Assembly: GCA_045540335.1 (NCBI GenBank)
Contig: JAZQHC010000041.1
Location: forward strand, 986 to 64,985
Reading direction: 5' to 3'
DNA: 64,000 bases
Source: Eubacteriales bacterium
GTDB lineage: Bacteria; Bacillota; Clostridia; Oscillospirales; CAG-272
The first letter of the stretch is position 1. Each line of letters opens with the position of its first letter. Position numbers and translations under genes: made by a program. The notes beneath the pieces are model-generated. The model saw nothing but the letters and a program-made list of their open reading frames with translations. It made no database searches and was not told where the DNA came from. This document shows, piece after piece, positions 1 to 7,874 of the stretch.

Positions 1-2
1 AA

Positions 3-467
3 GACTTTATAGATGCTACAGAAAACATCGTCAAGTTCAACACAGGCAACGGCATAGTAGATGCTATTCTTAACGAGAAGCAAAAAGCGGCAAATTCTAC
101 AAATACAAATATCGTTTTTGACGGCATGATTCCGCAGAACATATTCACTCCGACTGATCTGTGTGTAATTTTCGGAAACACATTAGACAATGCAATAGAA
201 GCCTGTGAAAAGCTCCCGCATAGTCAAGAAAAAACAATATCTGTATCGGTTAGGTGTGTCGGCGGTATTGCATTCATTTCAATAACTAACCCTGTGGAGA
301 AAAGGGTTGTGGTCAACAATAACACAATTCAGACAACAAAAAAGAACCGTGCTGAACACGGTTTTGGACTTTATTCATTGAATAAGATCGTTAAAAAATA
401 TAACGGTGAAATGAGTATTGTATCTGAAGACCAAAAGTTTACCATTATGCTTGACATGTATTTTTGA
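3..467 (+). CDS. GHKL (HATPase_c_5, AgrC/VirS-like) sensor histidine kinase, C-terminal part (5' end outside window)
   Basis: Frame is open from nt 3 (DFIDATENIVKFNTGNGIVDAILNEK...). Motifs DLCVIFGNTLDNAIEA, TTK..HGFGLYSL..IVKKYNG are present. Confidence 0.85.
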   Translation, partial: DFIDATENIVKFNTGNGIVDAILNEKQKAANSTNTNIVFDGMIPQNIFTPTDLCVIFGNTLDNAIEACEKLPHSQEKTISVSVRCVGGIAFISITNPVEKRVVVNNNTIQTTKKNRAEHGFGLYSLNKIVKKYNGEMSIVSEDQKFTIMLDMYF

Positions 468-510
468 CAAGATTATTGAACCAAAAATAAAATACTTTCT
501 CAGATGTGAA

Positions 511-555
511 TAAGGGCATCGCAGAATGATTTGATATCATTTAGCGATGCCCTTA
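511..555. terminator. Inverted repeat downstream of the kinase gene (probable terminator)
   Basis: taagggcatcgc...gcgatgccctta stem with inner aatgat/atcatt. Confidence 0.55.
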
Positions 556-650
556 AAATATTCGATTGTTTGCTTGCGATATAGCTTTAGCCGTTGTGAT
601 GCACACAGAGTTGGTTTTTATTACCGATTTTGCTGTAATTATTAAGAGAT

Positions 651-892
651 ACTTTCTTTACCGTATTGCCGGCTGCCTATCCCGTAATAAGGCAGTTTTG
701 GCAATACGAGGAAGGGAGTGCGTAACGGTTAAATTACGATAAATTTTATTGTTACGCACTCTCCCTCAGTCATCTTCGATGACAGCTCCCTCCCGGAGGG
801 AGCCTTAGTGTTAACAGCTTAGCTATATCAACTTCACGATGCCTTTTTGTGAGAAAACAGTTAGGGGAAACCAATTAACTAAACCGTTTTCT
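651..892. repeat. Structured non-coding repeat, copy A (two blocks, 651-713 and 813-892, separated by a REP-like insert)
   Basis: Both blocks are closely matched at 2793-2855 and 2898-2978. Hairpins cgtattgcc..ggcaatacg and agaaaac..gg-gaaa-cc..gttttct. Confidence 0.85.
761..804. repeat. Clostridial REP-like palindromic element
   Basis: ctccctcagtcatcttcgatgacagctccctcccggagggagcc double hairpin. A related element lies in opposite orientation at 14954-14998. Confidence 0.6.
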
Positions 893-1039
893 ATCTTAGA
901 GGCAATTTTGTAACCGTTACGGCTAAATCTTCACAAAAAATCTACTGACATGGGAGTGTACCCTGTTATGGCCAGCAAGCTTTGTGTTTGGTTACCCAAA
1001 CACAGGCTTGCCAGGAATATTTCTGAAACCTCTACAGCT

Positions 1040-1699
1040 TCATTTCCTAGTTATTTCTATTACTGTATCATAAAAAGAATAAAAAAAATCCTTTTGCTTA
1101 GCTTTGCTTTGTTTCATACAGTATATACCATCTTTTAAAATTATGATAGTATCACTTTCAGCATTCAAAAAATCATTATTCATCCTTTCGCAAAATCCCC
1201 TGTTTATATAGAAATTATTGTCAAAAATTGAATAATCATCTTTTTGAATATCATTTAATGAAACTAACCATTTTTCATTTCCGTCATTCCCGTAAATTGG
1301 CTTTAGTATGGAATAAAAATTCTTTTTTAAATTCAACTCTTTTTCGCAAGAAAAATTTTTTTCAGCGCTGTACACCAAAGATATGCAATAGTAACAATTA
1401 TCCAGAAACGATACCTGTAACTGACACGATAACTCACAATAAAAAAAATCCAAACTTAAAAGTGTTGTTGTTTCCAGCGATGAGATTATCCCTTTTTTTA
1501 TTTCGTATTCCTCATCCATAGCCATCTGATACGAGAAGGCGTTAGGGTGAATATCATAACAAATAATCTGTTCAACTTTACTTATTTCAGGTAATTGATG
1601 AATAAAGTTTTTTATTCTTGTCATATCTATTGGATAAGAAAAGCAGCCATTAATACAATAATACTCACCTTTTTCTTGAAACATTTTTTCACCTACCAT
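1040..1699 (-). CDS. Putative immunity protein for the upstream RHS toxin (ATG at 1684 also possible)
   Basis: AT-rich 219-aa ORF overlapping the stop of the RHS-CT gene, which is the typical toxin-immunity layout. No recognisable family. Confidence 0.6.
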   Translation of the reverse strand: MVGEKMFQEKGEYYCINGCFSYPIDMTRIKNFIHQLPEISKVEQIICYDIHPNAFSYQMAMDEEYEIKKGIISSLETTTLLSLDFFYCELSCQLQVSFLDNCYYCISLVYSAEKNFSCEKELNLKKNFYSILKPIYGNDGNEKWLVSLNDIQKDDYSIFDNNFYINRGFCERMNNDFLNAESDTIIILKDGIYCMKQSKAKQKDFFYSFYDTVIEITRK

Positions 1700-2784
1700 A
1701 ATTTATATTTTGTCATTTGATTAGCAGATAATTCTACAACTGTAGCAACAAGTCCCTTATATTTTCCAGATTTATATATATAAGTAGCAATGTGTTGTCC
1801 ATTAAAGTAACGATAGTATCCAGTAACAGCATCTTCACCTAACTTTGCTGAAAATTTTTTAGTATAGTTACTTAAATTTTCTCTAATAAAACCTTCCCAT
1901 TGTTTAGCTACTGTTTTATTCCAATTGCCAAATCCAAAACTTTTTGCATGCTTAAAGGCGTGTTGTAACCTGCTAGTATTGCTTACAGCTTTTGAGATTG
2001 CTTTTGATCCCAAACTAAACACTTTCGCTCCAGTTTTAGTAGCCTTAGCTGCCGTTGTTAGCGTCTTTACTCCTTTACCAAGAGCGCCGAATGCAACACC
2101 GGTTACAGCTCCGATGAGTGCAGCTTTTCCGACACCTTTCAAAGTGATTTTCTGCCCACTAATAGCTGAACCAATAAGATAAGCCGCCGTATCAAAAAGA
2201 GCTCCTCCAACAGCCGCCGCTACAAACCAAGGCAAATATCCATTATCATCCGTCATATTAACCGGATTATTCCAGCAATAAGCGAAGAGATTATAATGCG
2301 ATAAACTATCGGGTTCGATACCTAATACATCACTATCATCCGCATTAATCCACCTACCGATCTCAGCATCGTAATAACGACTGGATACATAGTAGAGCCC
2401 CGTTTCGGCGTCGTAGTAATATCCACGGTAACGAATGGGGTTTATTGTGCCAACTGTATCGGCAAGTGTGCCTGTTATGGATTCTATATTGCCCCAAGCA
2501 TCGTATGTATAGCTTGCGACGATTGTATTGTCGGCAGTAGCGATATGCATTACGTCGCCTTGCAGGTTTTTGATGTAGAAATACATCGTACCGTTAAGGC
2601 TGAACGAATGGGCACCAAGCATATCGTAAAAGTATTCGATATACGTTACATCGTTACCGTTTACGATAGTTTCAGCGGTTATGGTACTGCCGTTTAAGTA
2701 GTACTTATGAACAACTCCGTTTACCGTTTTTTCGTAACGAATACCATCGGAATTGTATTTGTAAGTTACGTTTAATGTACTGTG
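1693..2784 (-). CDS. Orphan (5'-truncated) RHS repeat-associated core with C-terminal colicin D-like/BECR putative RNase toxin
   Basis: Frame stays open upstream of the 2622 ATG to a stop at 2785-2787 (TYKYNSDGIRYEKTVNG...). Core motifs YTYDAWG, NPIRYRGYYYDAETGLYY..SRYYD..IGRWINAD, YCWNNPVNMTDDNG. A Gly/Ala hydrophobic linker precedes the CT RLQHAFKHAKSFGFGNWNK. Confidence 0.85.
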   Translation of the reverse strand, partial: HSTLNVTYKYNSDGIRYEKTVNGVVHKYYLNGSTITAETIVNGNDVTYIEYFYDMLGAHSFSLNGTMYFYIKNLQGDVMHIATADNTIVASYTYDAWGNIESITGTLADTVGTINPIRYRGYYYDAETGLYYVSSRYYDAEIGRWINADDSDVLGIEPDSLSHYNLFAYCWNNPVNMTDDNGYLPWFVAAAVGGALFDTAAYLIGSAISGQKITLKGVGKAALIGAVTGVAFGALGKGVKTLTTAAKATKTGAKVFSLGSKAISKAVSNTSRLQHAFKHAKSFGFGNWNKTVAKQWEGFIRENLSNYTKKFSAKLGEDAVTGYYRYFNGQHIATYIYKSGKYKGLVATVVELSANQMTKYKLW

Positions 2785-2792
2785 TTAAAAAC

Positions 2793-2978
2793 ACTTTCTT
2801 GACCGTATTGTCGACCGCCTATCCCGTATAATAAGACAGTCGGCAATACGAGAAACAAGAAAGATAATCTTAAATTTTAAGCAATACAACGTGCCACAAC
2901 AGCTTAACTATATTGAACTCCACGATGCCTTTTTGTGAGGAAACAGTTAGGGGAAACCAATTAACTAAACCGTTTTCT
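2793..2978. repeat. Structured non-coding repeat, copy B
   Basis: Direct repeat of the 651-713 and 813-892 blocks. It sits immediately 5' of the RHS fragment. Confidence 0.85.
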
Positions 2979-3010
2979 CGTTCAAAACCAATCTAATATC
3001 CTATCTACAA

Positions 3011-3490
3011 CTACTTATCACTATGCTTTGACCAGGAAAAGAACTTTGTTATCGTTCTTATTGTATCTTCTGACACAGAATCATCTATACAAATAAACAC
3101 TTTAGATGCAGAAATATCAGCGTTGTAAAAAGTCGAAACGTACATTTCAGACATTGAACCATCTCTGTAATAAATTTTCTTTCTCGAAAAAGCTGCACTG
3201 TTGGAAAAATTCTCATCACGTATCCATACCATATCTTCGATTTCGGAAAAATACGGATTTACTCCTGAATCATCTGCGTATTGAACCAATACATTTTTCT
3301 TTTCGCCATTTTCCATCCGATAAATATATGTGAAACCGTCAACGACACAAAGCTCCCAATTTGCAGGTACTTTAATGTATCCATAGTTTTCTATTTCGAT
3401 TTCTTTCCAGTCACTCGGTGTCCCGCAAGCACTCAAAAAAAGTAATAATAGTAACAATATAAATACACTAATAATTGTTTTTTTACCCAT
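3011..3490 (-). CDS. Lipoprotein, possible orphan immunity protein
   Basis: Lipobox FLSAC after a hydrophobic stretch. The ATG overlaps the upstream stop (TGATG). AT-rich. Confidence 0.6.
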   Translation of the reverse strand: MGKKTIISVFILLLLLLFLSACGTPSDWKEIEIENYGYIKVPANWELCVVDGFTYIYRMENGEKKNVLVQYADDSGVNPYFSEIEDMVWIRDENFSNSAAFSRKKIYYRDGSMSEMYVSTFYNADISASKVFICIDDSVSEDTIRTITKFFSWSKHSDK

Positions 3491-4099
3491 CAAATATACC
3501 TCAATATATCTCGAATAATTCCCGCAAATCTCAATGGTTTGTATATGCTGATTTTATCAATTATTTTCACTGCATTTCCGCCTTCCCAGAACCATGCGTT
3601 GCTATCATAACCAATTTTGCCACTTGTTAGAGCCCCCATATCCGCAATACGTGCGTTTTCAAGTATTCTGCCGTCCGTGCTAAAAACCTCAATTTTTACA
3701 GTTGGCGCATCAAGCACCTCAACACTGTCAAAGTAAGAATTATCCGAATTATCGCTTTTCGGAATATCGGGAAGCTCCTCCGGGTGAAGAGCATATATCG
3801 CTTTCGATTGTTTTTTTTGAAATGAGTATTCCCTCGTTTTCCTCATATTCCGTTCCGTCGTTCCCCCGAAGGTCGCCCGACACGGCGAGACCTTCGTTTT
3901 TTACGTCGATTCTGATGTTGAAATTGTGCTGTGCATAGCTGTCCGTTCTCGATACGGTGAACGAATCCCAACTTTTAGGATTTATCATTCCCTCACCGTC
4001 AAGAATATACCGCCTGCGGCGAATATATAATACAAGCATCACTGCTGTAAAAATTACGGCAATAGCAGGTATTATGATAAGATATTTCAAGCTATCCAC
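3490..4099 (-). pseudogene. Membrane-anchored hypothetical protein split by a frameshift in an A8 run (3811-3818)
   Basis: ORFs 3749-4099 and 3490-3846 join (LISKK|QSKAIYALHPEELPD) if one A is removed. N-terminal TM helix followed by RRRR. Confidence 0.6.
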
Positions 4100-4108
4100 C
4101 GTATCAGA

Positions 4109-4669
4109 TCATGCCCACGGATCTGCGGATTTCGGAGGGCGGATGCTTAAAAGCAGGAACTGATCCCATAAAAGCCATTGTCCGTTCGCTTTTTTGCGCA
4201 GAATGATCTCACGTGCGTTATCTGCACCGCCGCTTCTGATGTGAAGCTTTTTATATCCCTCGTTCGCATCAGCGTAAAGGCCTGCCTCTACTGTCAGCTT
4301 GAACGGCTGTGCAGGAGTATAATCATTTTCGGGAACAGCACCCTCGAAATAGGAAAATGCAACGTGGTGTCCATCACGGAAGCGGTCGTTTAAAAACGAC
4401 ACATCATAGTTACTTAGCGGTCGGGGACCTCTGAGCCAGTTGAGCATTTCCGTACCGATATTCTTGTCTGCAGCATAGACGCAAAAAGCACATACAGTCA
4501 ACGCCGCTGTCTGAAAAGGGTCTGTCAGTGCCGCCTCGGGCAAAGCCTGCATTTCTGCAAGGCTTTCGGGAAGTCTTGCAAACGTAAATGTTTTTGTACT
4601 TATATTTGAGTTTGTATTCGCTGTTTGTGCATTTGATGCATTACCGTTGAGCTTATCAAAAATAGACAT
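4109..4669 (-). CDS. Conserved hypothetical protein (DUF6935-like)
   Basis: 186-aa ORF with RBS. Motifs LPESLAEMQALPE..TDPFQTAALT, SYFEGA.PENDYTP, SGGADNAR, GQWLLW recalled from a clostridial family. Confidence 0.6.
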   Translation of the reverse strand: MSIFDKLNGNASNAQTANTNSNISTKTFTFARLPESLAEMQALPEAALTDPFQTAALTVCAFCVYAADKNIGTEMLNWLRGPRPLSNYDVSFLNDRFRDGHHVAFSYFEGAVPENDYTPAQPFKLTVEAGLYADANEGYKKLHIRSGGADNAREIILRKKANGQWLLWDQFLLLSIRPPKSADPWA

Positions 4670-4703
4670 ATTTTTCTTCCTTTCTGAATGTTAGATCTAA
4701 TAA

Positions 4704-5257
4704 TTATTTCTTTTTCTTAAGAACGATTACGGTTACACCGACGCTGATGCCCGCAACGGCAATAACTATAAGCAAAATTGCCCACCGGGGCATACCGCCC
4801 TTGTTTTCACCGTCCGTCTTGTCGGGTGTTGTTGTTTCCGTGTTATCGGGGGGTTGTTGTTTCGGTAGGCTCGCTTTCAGTCACAGCGGGTATCGTTTCG
4901 CTTCCGCTTTCGCCGCAGGTGCGTGTTTTTTCGCCGGCTTCCGTGCACGTGGCGTTCTTCGTTACGGTCCAAGTGCTGAACGTGTGTGTATGAGGTTCAG
5001 TTTCGGCGGGGGCATTTGCCGCATCGTCTGTTGCAGGTGCCATATCATCCGGTGCGGTCGTTGTGTTGCCCGTTTCTGATGATGTGCCATCGGGTACTGA
5101 TGTTGCATCATCGGTTGCCTTTGCCGTATGACTTGATACTGATGATGTGCTGTTCGGTGCTGTTACGTCTGTTGTCTGCTTGTCACCATCGTCGCATCAG
5201 GCAAAACAGAGAACGAGTGCAAACGTAAGTACTAAAATTCTTGTCAGTTTTTTTCAT
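4704..5257 (-). pseudogene. Degraded surface lipoprotein (Thr/Asp-rich linker, ATCT-type Cys/His repeat, C-terminal TM plus KKKK)
   Basis: Reconstructs as MKKLTRILVLTFALVLCFA*CDDG...HTHTFSTWTVTKNATCTEAG...WAILLIVIAVAGISVGVTVIVLKKKK. Three lesions: extra A in the run after ATG, in-frame TGA in the lipobox, extra C in the run at 4848-4853. Confidence 0.75.
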
Positions 5258-5287
5258 TTTTATCTCCTAAAAATAATATCGCATAAT

Positions 5288-5316
5288 ATTATATACCATA
5301 AGTTAAAATCTGTCAA
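5288..5316 (-). promoter_or_regulatory. SigA-type promoter for the 5257 operon
   Basis: TTGACA-N17-TATAAT on the minus strand. Confidence 0.7.
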
Positions 5317-5758
5317 TCTAAAGTTATTAAAAACTATACAAAAAAATATATAATATGAATGATGATTTTGCTAGCAGAGAATTTTAATTATTCTTCGCTA
5401 AGCTTTTGTAATTCAATTTTGAAAATATATGCACTAAACATAAAAGTTATCTTAAATAAACACCATAGTTATGATATAAAACTTTATCGCAAAAGAAGTG
5501 CTTTTTGTCAAAAAGCCTTGATTTGTACGATTTTTTATATTTCGAAAATAAGACAAGCTTTATAACGTGAACCGGATAAAAATAGGACTCCCACGGTCCG
5601 TTTGATTAGACCTTGGGAGCCTGTTTTCGTTTTTGGCTTAAATTGATGCTTCAATTGCTAAATTGAAATTTTGCATCTTTATATTACAAACGTTGAACAA
5701 TACGATATAAATAATTACAAGAACATTTTGAAATTTACATCGTCTTAATTTTTCATAT

Positions 5759-6067
5759 TTATTTCCATTTAATCGTTTGAATTTGTTTTTTCATTTCAGC
5801 TAACAAATCTTGCAATTCTTTCACTCGTTCCTCACACGAAGGTGTGTTCGCATCATATATGCTTGTTCGAGCTTCGAAAATTTTATTATTAAAATTTCTA
5901 ATCAAGTTTTCAAGCCTTAATTCATCATCGGAAAGAGTTGGGGATGACTGACATATTCTTTTATACGTTTCAGTATTTTCGATTTCCGGCGTAAAAAGAT
6001 CTGCTCTTTCTTTTTCAAGATTTTGTAATTCCAAATCGAGAAATATTCTTCCTTTGTATGACAGCAT
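5759..6067 (-). CDS. Hypothetical protein (helical/coiled-coil)
   Basis: 102-aa ORF with AAGGAG RBS directly after the 6083 gene. Confidence 0.6.
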   Translation of the reverse strand: MLSYKGRIFLDLELQNLEKERADLFTPEIENTETYKRICQSSPTLSDDELRLENLIRNFNNKIFEARTSIYDANTPSCEERVKELQDLLAEMKKQIQTIKWK

Positions 6068-6082
6068 GTTTATAAGCTCCTT

Positions 6083-7141
6083 TTAATTTAACATATTATT
6101 ATTTGTTTGAAAAGTGATTTTGTATTCACCGGGTTGCAACAAAGGATAAAATTTTAATCTATATGTTTCACCAGCTAAACAATTACTCTGGCAGTCATAA
6201 GAATTTTGAACCGTTATTCCTTCCGAGTCAACAATTTTATATTTAATCAAAAGTGTTCCAGATCGGACAATTGACACTTTTATTTCTATCTCTCCATCTT
6301 TAACACTGAAGCTTTCGATATAGCCCTCCGCCTCTGGTTTAATACGTCCTGTAGAATATTCCCAATAAGTTTTTATAAATTGTCTTCCGCTGCCATAAGT
6401 GTTTGTTATAACAATGTTAGATTGTCCGCAACGAGTACACTTTCCGGAAACATAGTTATGTTCAAGCTTTGTGCCTTGGGTTTTACCGCAAGTAGAACAC
6501 GTGGCAGGCGATGAACAGGTGGCACTTTTCCACAAATGTTCGCCTGATATATTTTGGGATTCACTATAACCGCATGAACAGGTGCGTTCTTTTAAACCTT
6601 TGGCTGTGCAAGTAGCTTTTTTTGTAGTCTTCCACGAACCGAAATTATGCCCTTTTGCTTTAATAGTTTCTATTTCTTTTTCACCACATGAACATACACG
6701 TTCTTTTGAACCATTTTCCGTACAAGTTGCTTCTATTGATGTTTCCCAGTTGCTAAACGTATGTCCCGTTGCTTTAATAGTTTCTGTTTCTTTTTCACCA
6801 CATGAACATACGCGTTCTTTTGAACCATTTTTTGTACAAGTTGCTTCTATTGATGTTTCCCAGTTGCTAAACGTATGTCCCGTTGCTTTAATAGTTTCTG
6901 TTTCTTTTTCGCTGCATGAACATACACGTTCTTTTGAACCATTTTCTGTACAAGTTGCTTTTTTTACGATTGTCCAATCGCTGAACGAATGAATATGAGC
7001 TTGAGATCCTTCTTGCGGGGTAACAGTGTTCGAATCGGAACTTGTTAAGTTTTGAGAGGCGTTTTTATCTTCTATGCAAGAAGCAAAAAATACCGTAAAT
7101 AATAACAAAGTGCAGATTAGTAATAAATGTGATTTTTTCAT
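6083..7141 (-). CDS. Lipoprotein with tandem His/Cys-rich 38-aa repeats (H.F..W....ATCT..G.K.R.C.CG)
   Basis: Lipobox FFASC, RBS AAAGGAG, four or more repeat units. Confidence 0.8.
   Translation of the reverse strand: MKKSHLLLICTLLLFTVFFASCIEDKNASQNLTSSDSNTVTPQEGSQAHIHSFSDWTIVKKATCTENGSKERVCSCSEKETETIKATGHTFSNWETSIEATCTKNGSKERVCSCGEKETETIKATGHTFSNWETSIEATCTENGSKERVCSCGEKEIETIKAKGHNFGSWKTTKKATCTAKGLKERTCSCGYSESQNISGEHLWKSATCSSPATCSTCGKTQGTKLEHNYVSGKCTRCGQSNIVITNTYGSGRQFIKTYWEYSTGRIKPEAEGYIESFSVKDGEIEIKVSIVRSGTLLIKYKIVDSEGITVQNSYDCQSNCLAGETYRLKFYPLLQPGEYKITFQTNNNMLN
6657..6990. repeat. Intragenic 114-bp tandem repeat (about 3 copies)
   Basis: Units start gctttaatagtttct at 6657, 6771 and 6885. 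Confidence 0.9.
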
Positions 7142-7244
7142 GTTTGTAGTCTCCTTTGATTTTTTAATTTTTTTGGAATCAACTTTTAAATTACCGTAGA
7201 TTCTTTAAAGCAAAAAGTTTTTCATACATAAAAAGAATCTCTAA

Positions 7245-7448
7245 AAATAAAAAGTGCGGCTACCGAAGTAACCGCACAAAAACGCAAACTCCGATAGTCG
7301 CCAAACTAATCAATTGCAAAATGGGTATAACCACACGCAAAAGCCGGAATTTGCATTTTATCAAATTCAAACTTTTACGTGACGAAAAACGGTACAATTC
7401 TTCGAAAAAGAAAATTATACCTACTTTGCAATATTTGATTAGTTTGGC
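7245..7448 (-). ncRNA. Putative ~200-nt structured leader/small RNA ending in an intrinsic terminator upstream of the 7141 gene
   Basis: Starts just after a TTGACA-N17-TATGAT promoter (7455-7483). 7415-7448 pairs with 7300-7330. Terminator gtgcggttac-ttcg-gtagccgcac plus U-tract (7245-7277). Confidence 0.55.
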
Positions 7449-7636
7449 ATATTTATCATATCACATAAAGCGCACAATGTCAACGCTTTGACTTGATTTT
7501 TGTATATTTTTTTAAAAAAAGCTCAGAAAGATAATTAAAAATTAACGAAATCAATCGTATTTATGTGAAACGACTCGGAAGCTGCGCAAGCAAAACAAAA
7601 AACGCTCTTGTATTCAAAAAATATCATTAGTCCTCA

Positions 7637-7686
7637 AAAAAAATACCGTTTTTAAGGCTTGAAAACCTCAAAAACGGTATTTTTTC
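7637..7686. terminator. Bidirectional intrinsic terminator
   Basis: aaaaaaataccgttttt..aaaaacggtattttttt inverted repeat downstream of the MATE gene. Confidence 0.7.
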
Positions 7687-7874
7687 ATTCTTCACATTTT
7701 TTTGATTTTGCATAAAGTATTGCCCATAATGTAACCGTTACAGGGCCGGTAAAAAATGCGCATCTATCGCTTCACATATTGCAGAATAATTTAGTTACCC
7801 TTTTATATTATTGAATCACCATTCCGATTAAAATCGCAGCGAAAGATATAGCACAAGAAAATCAAACCGACAAA

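Noticed and set aside
651-2978. Possible CRISPR array or c-di-GMP riboswitch in the repeated elements
   Set aside because: Only two copies 2.1 kb apart with genes between them and no cas genes. The GEMM core (GGCAAA..GAAA..GACGCAAA) is absent.
6657-6990. Tandem repeats as a CRISPR-like array
   Set aside because: They are contiguous in-frame 114-bp coding repeats without unique spacers.
909-7742. 12-bp tgtaaccgttac at 909-920 and 7730-7741 as island att sites
   Set aside because: The match is short, there is no integrase or tRNA nearby, and the cassette repeat extends outside the interval. It could be chance or a LacI/cre-like site.
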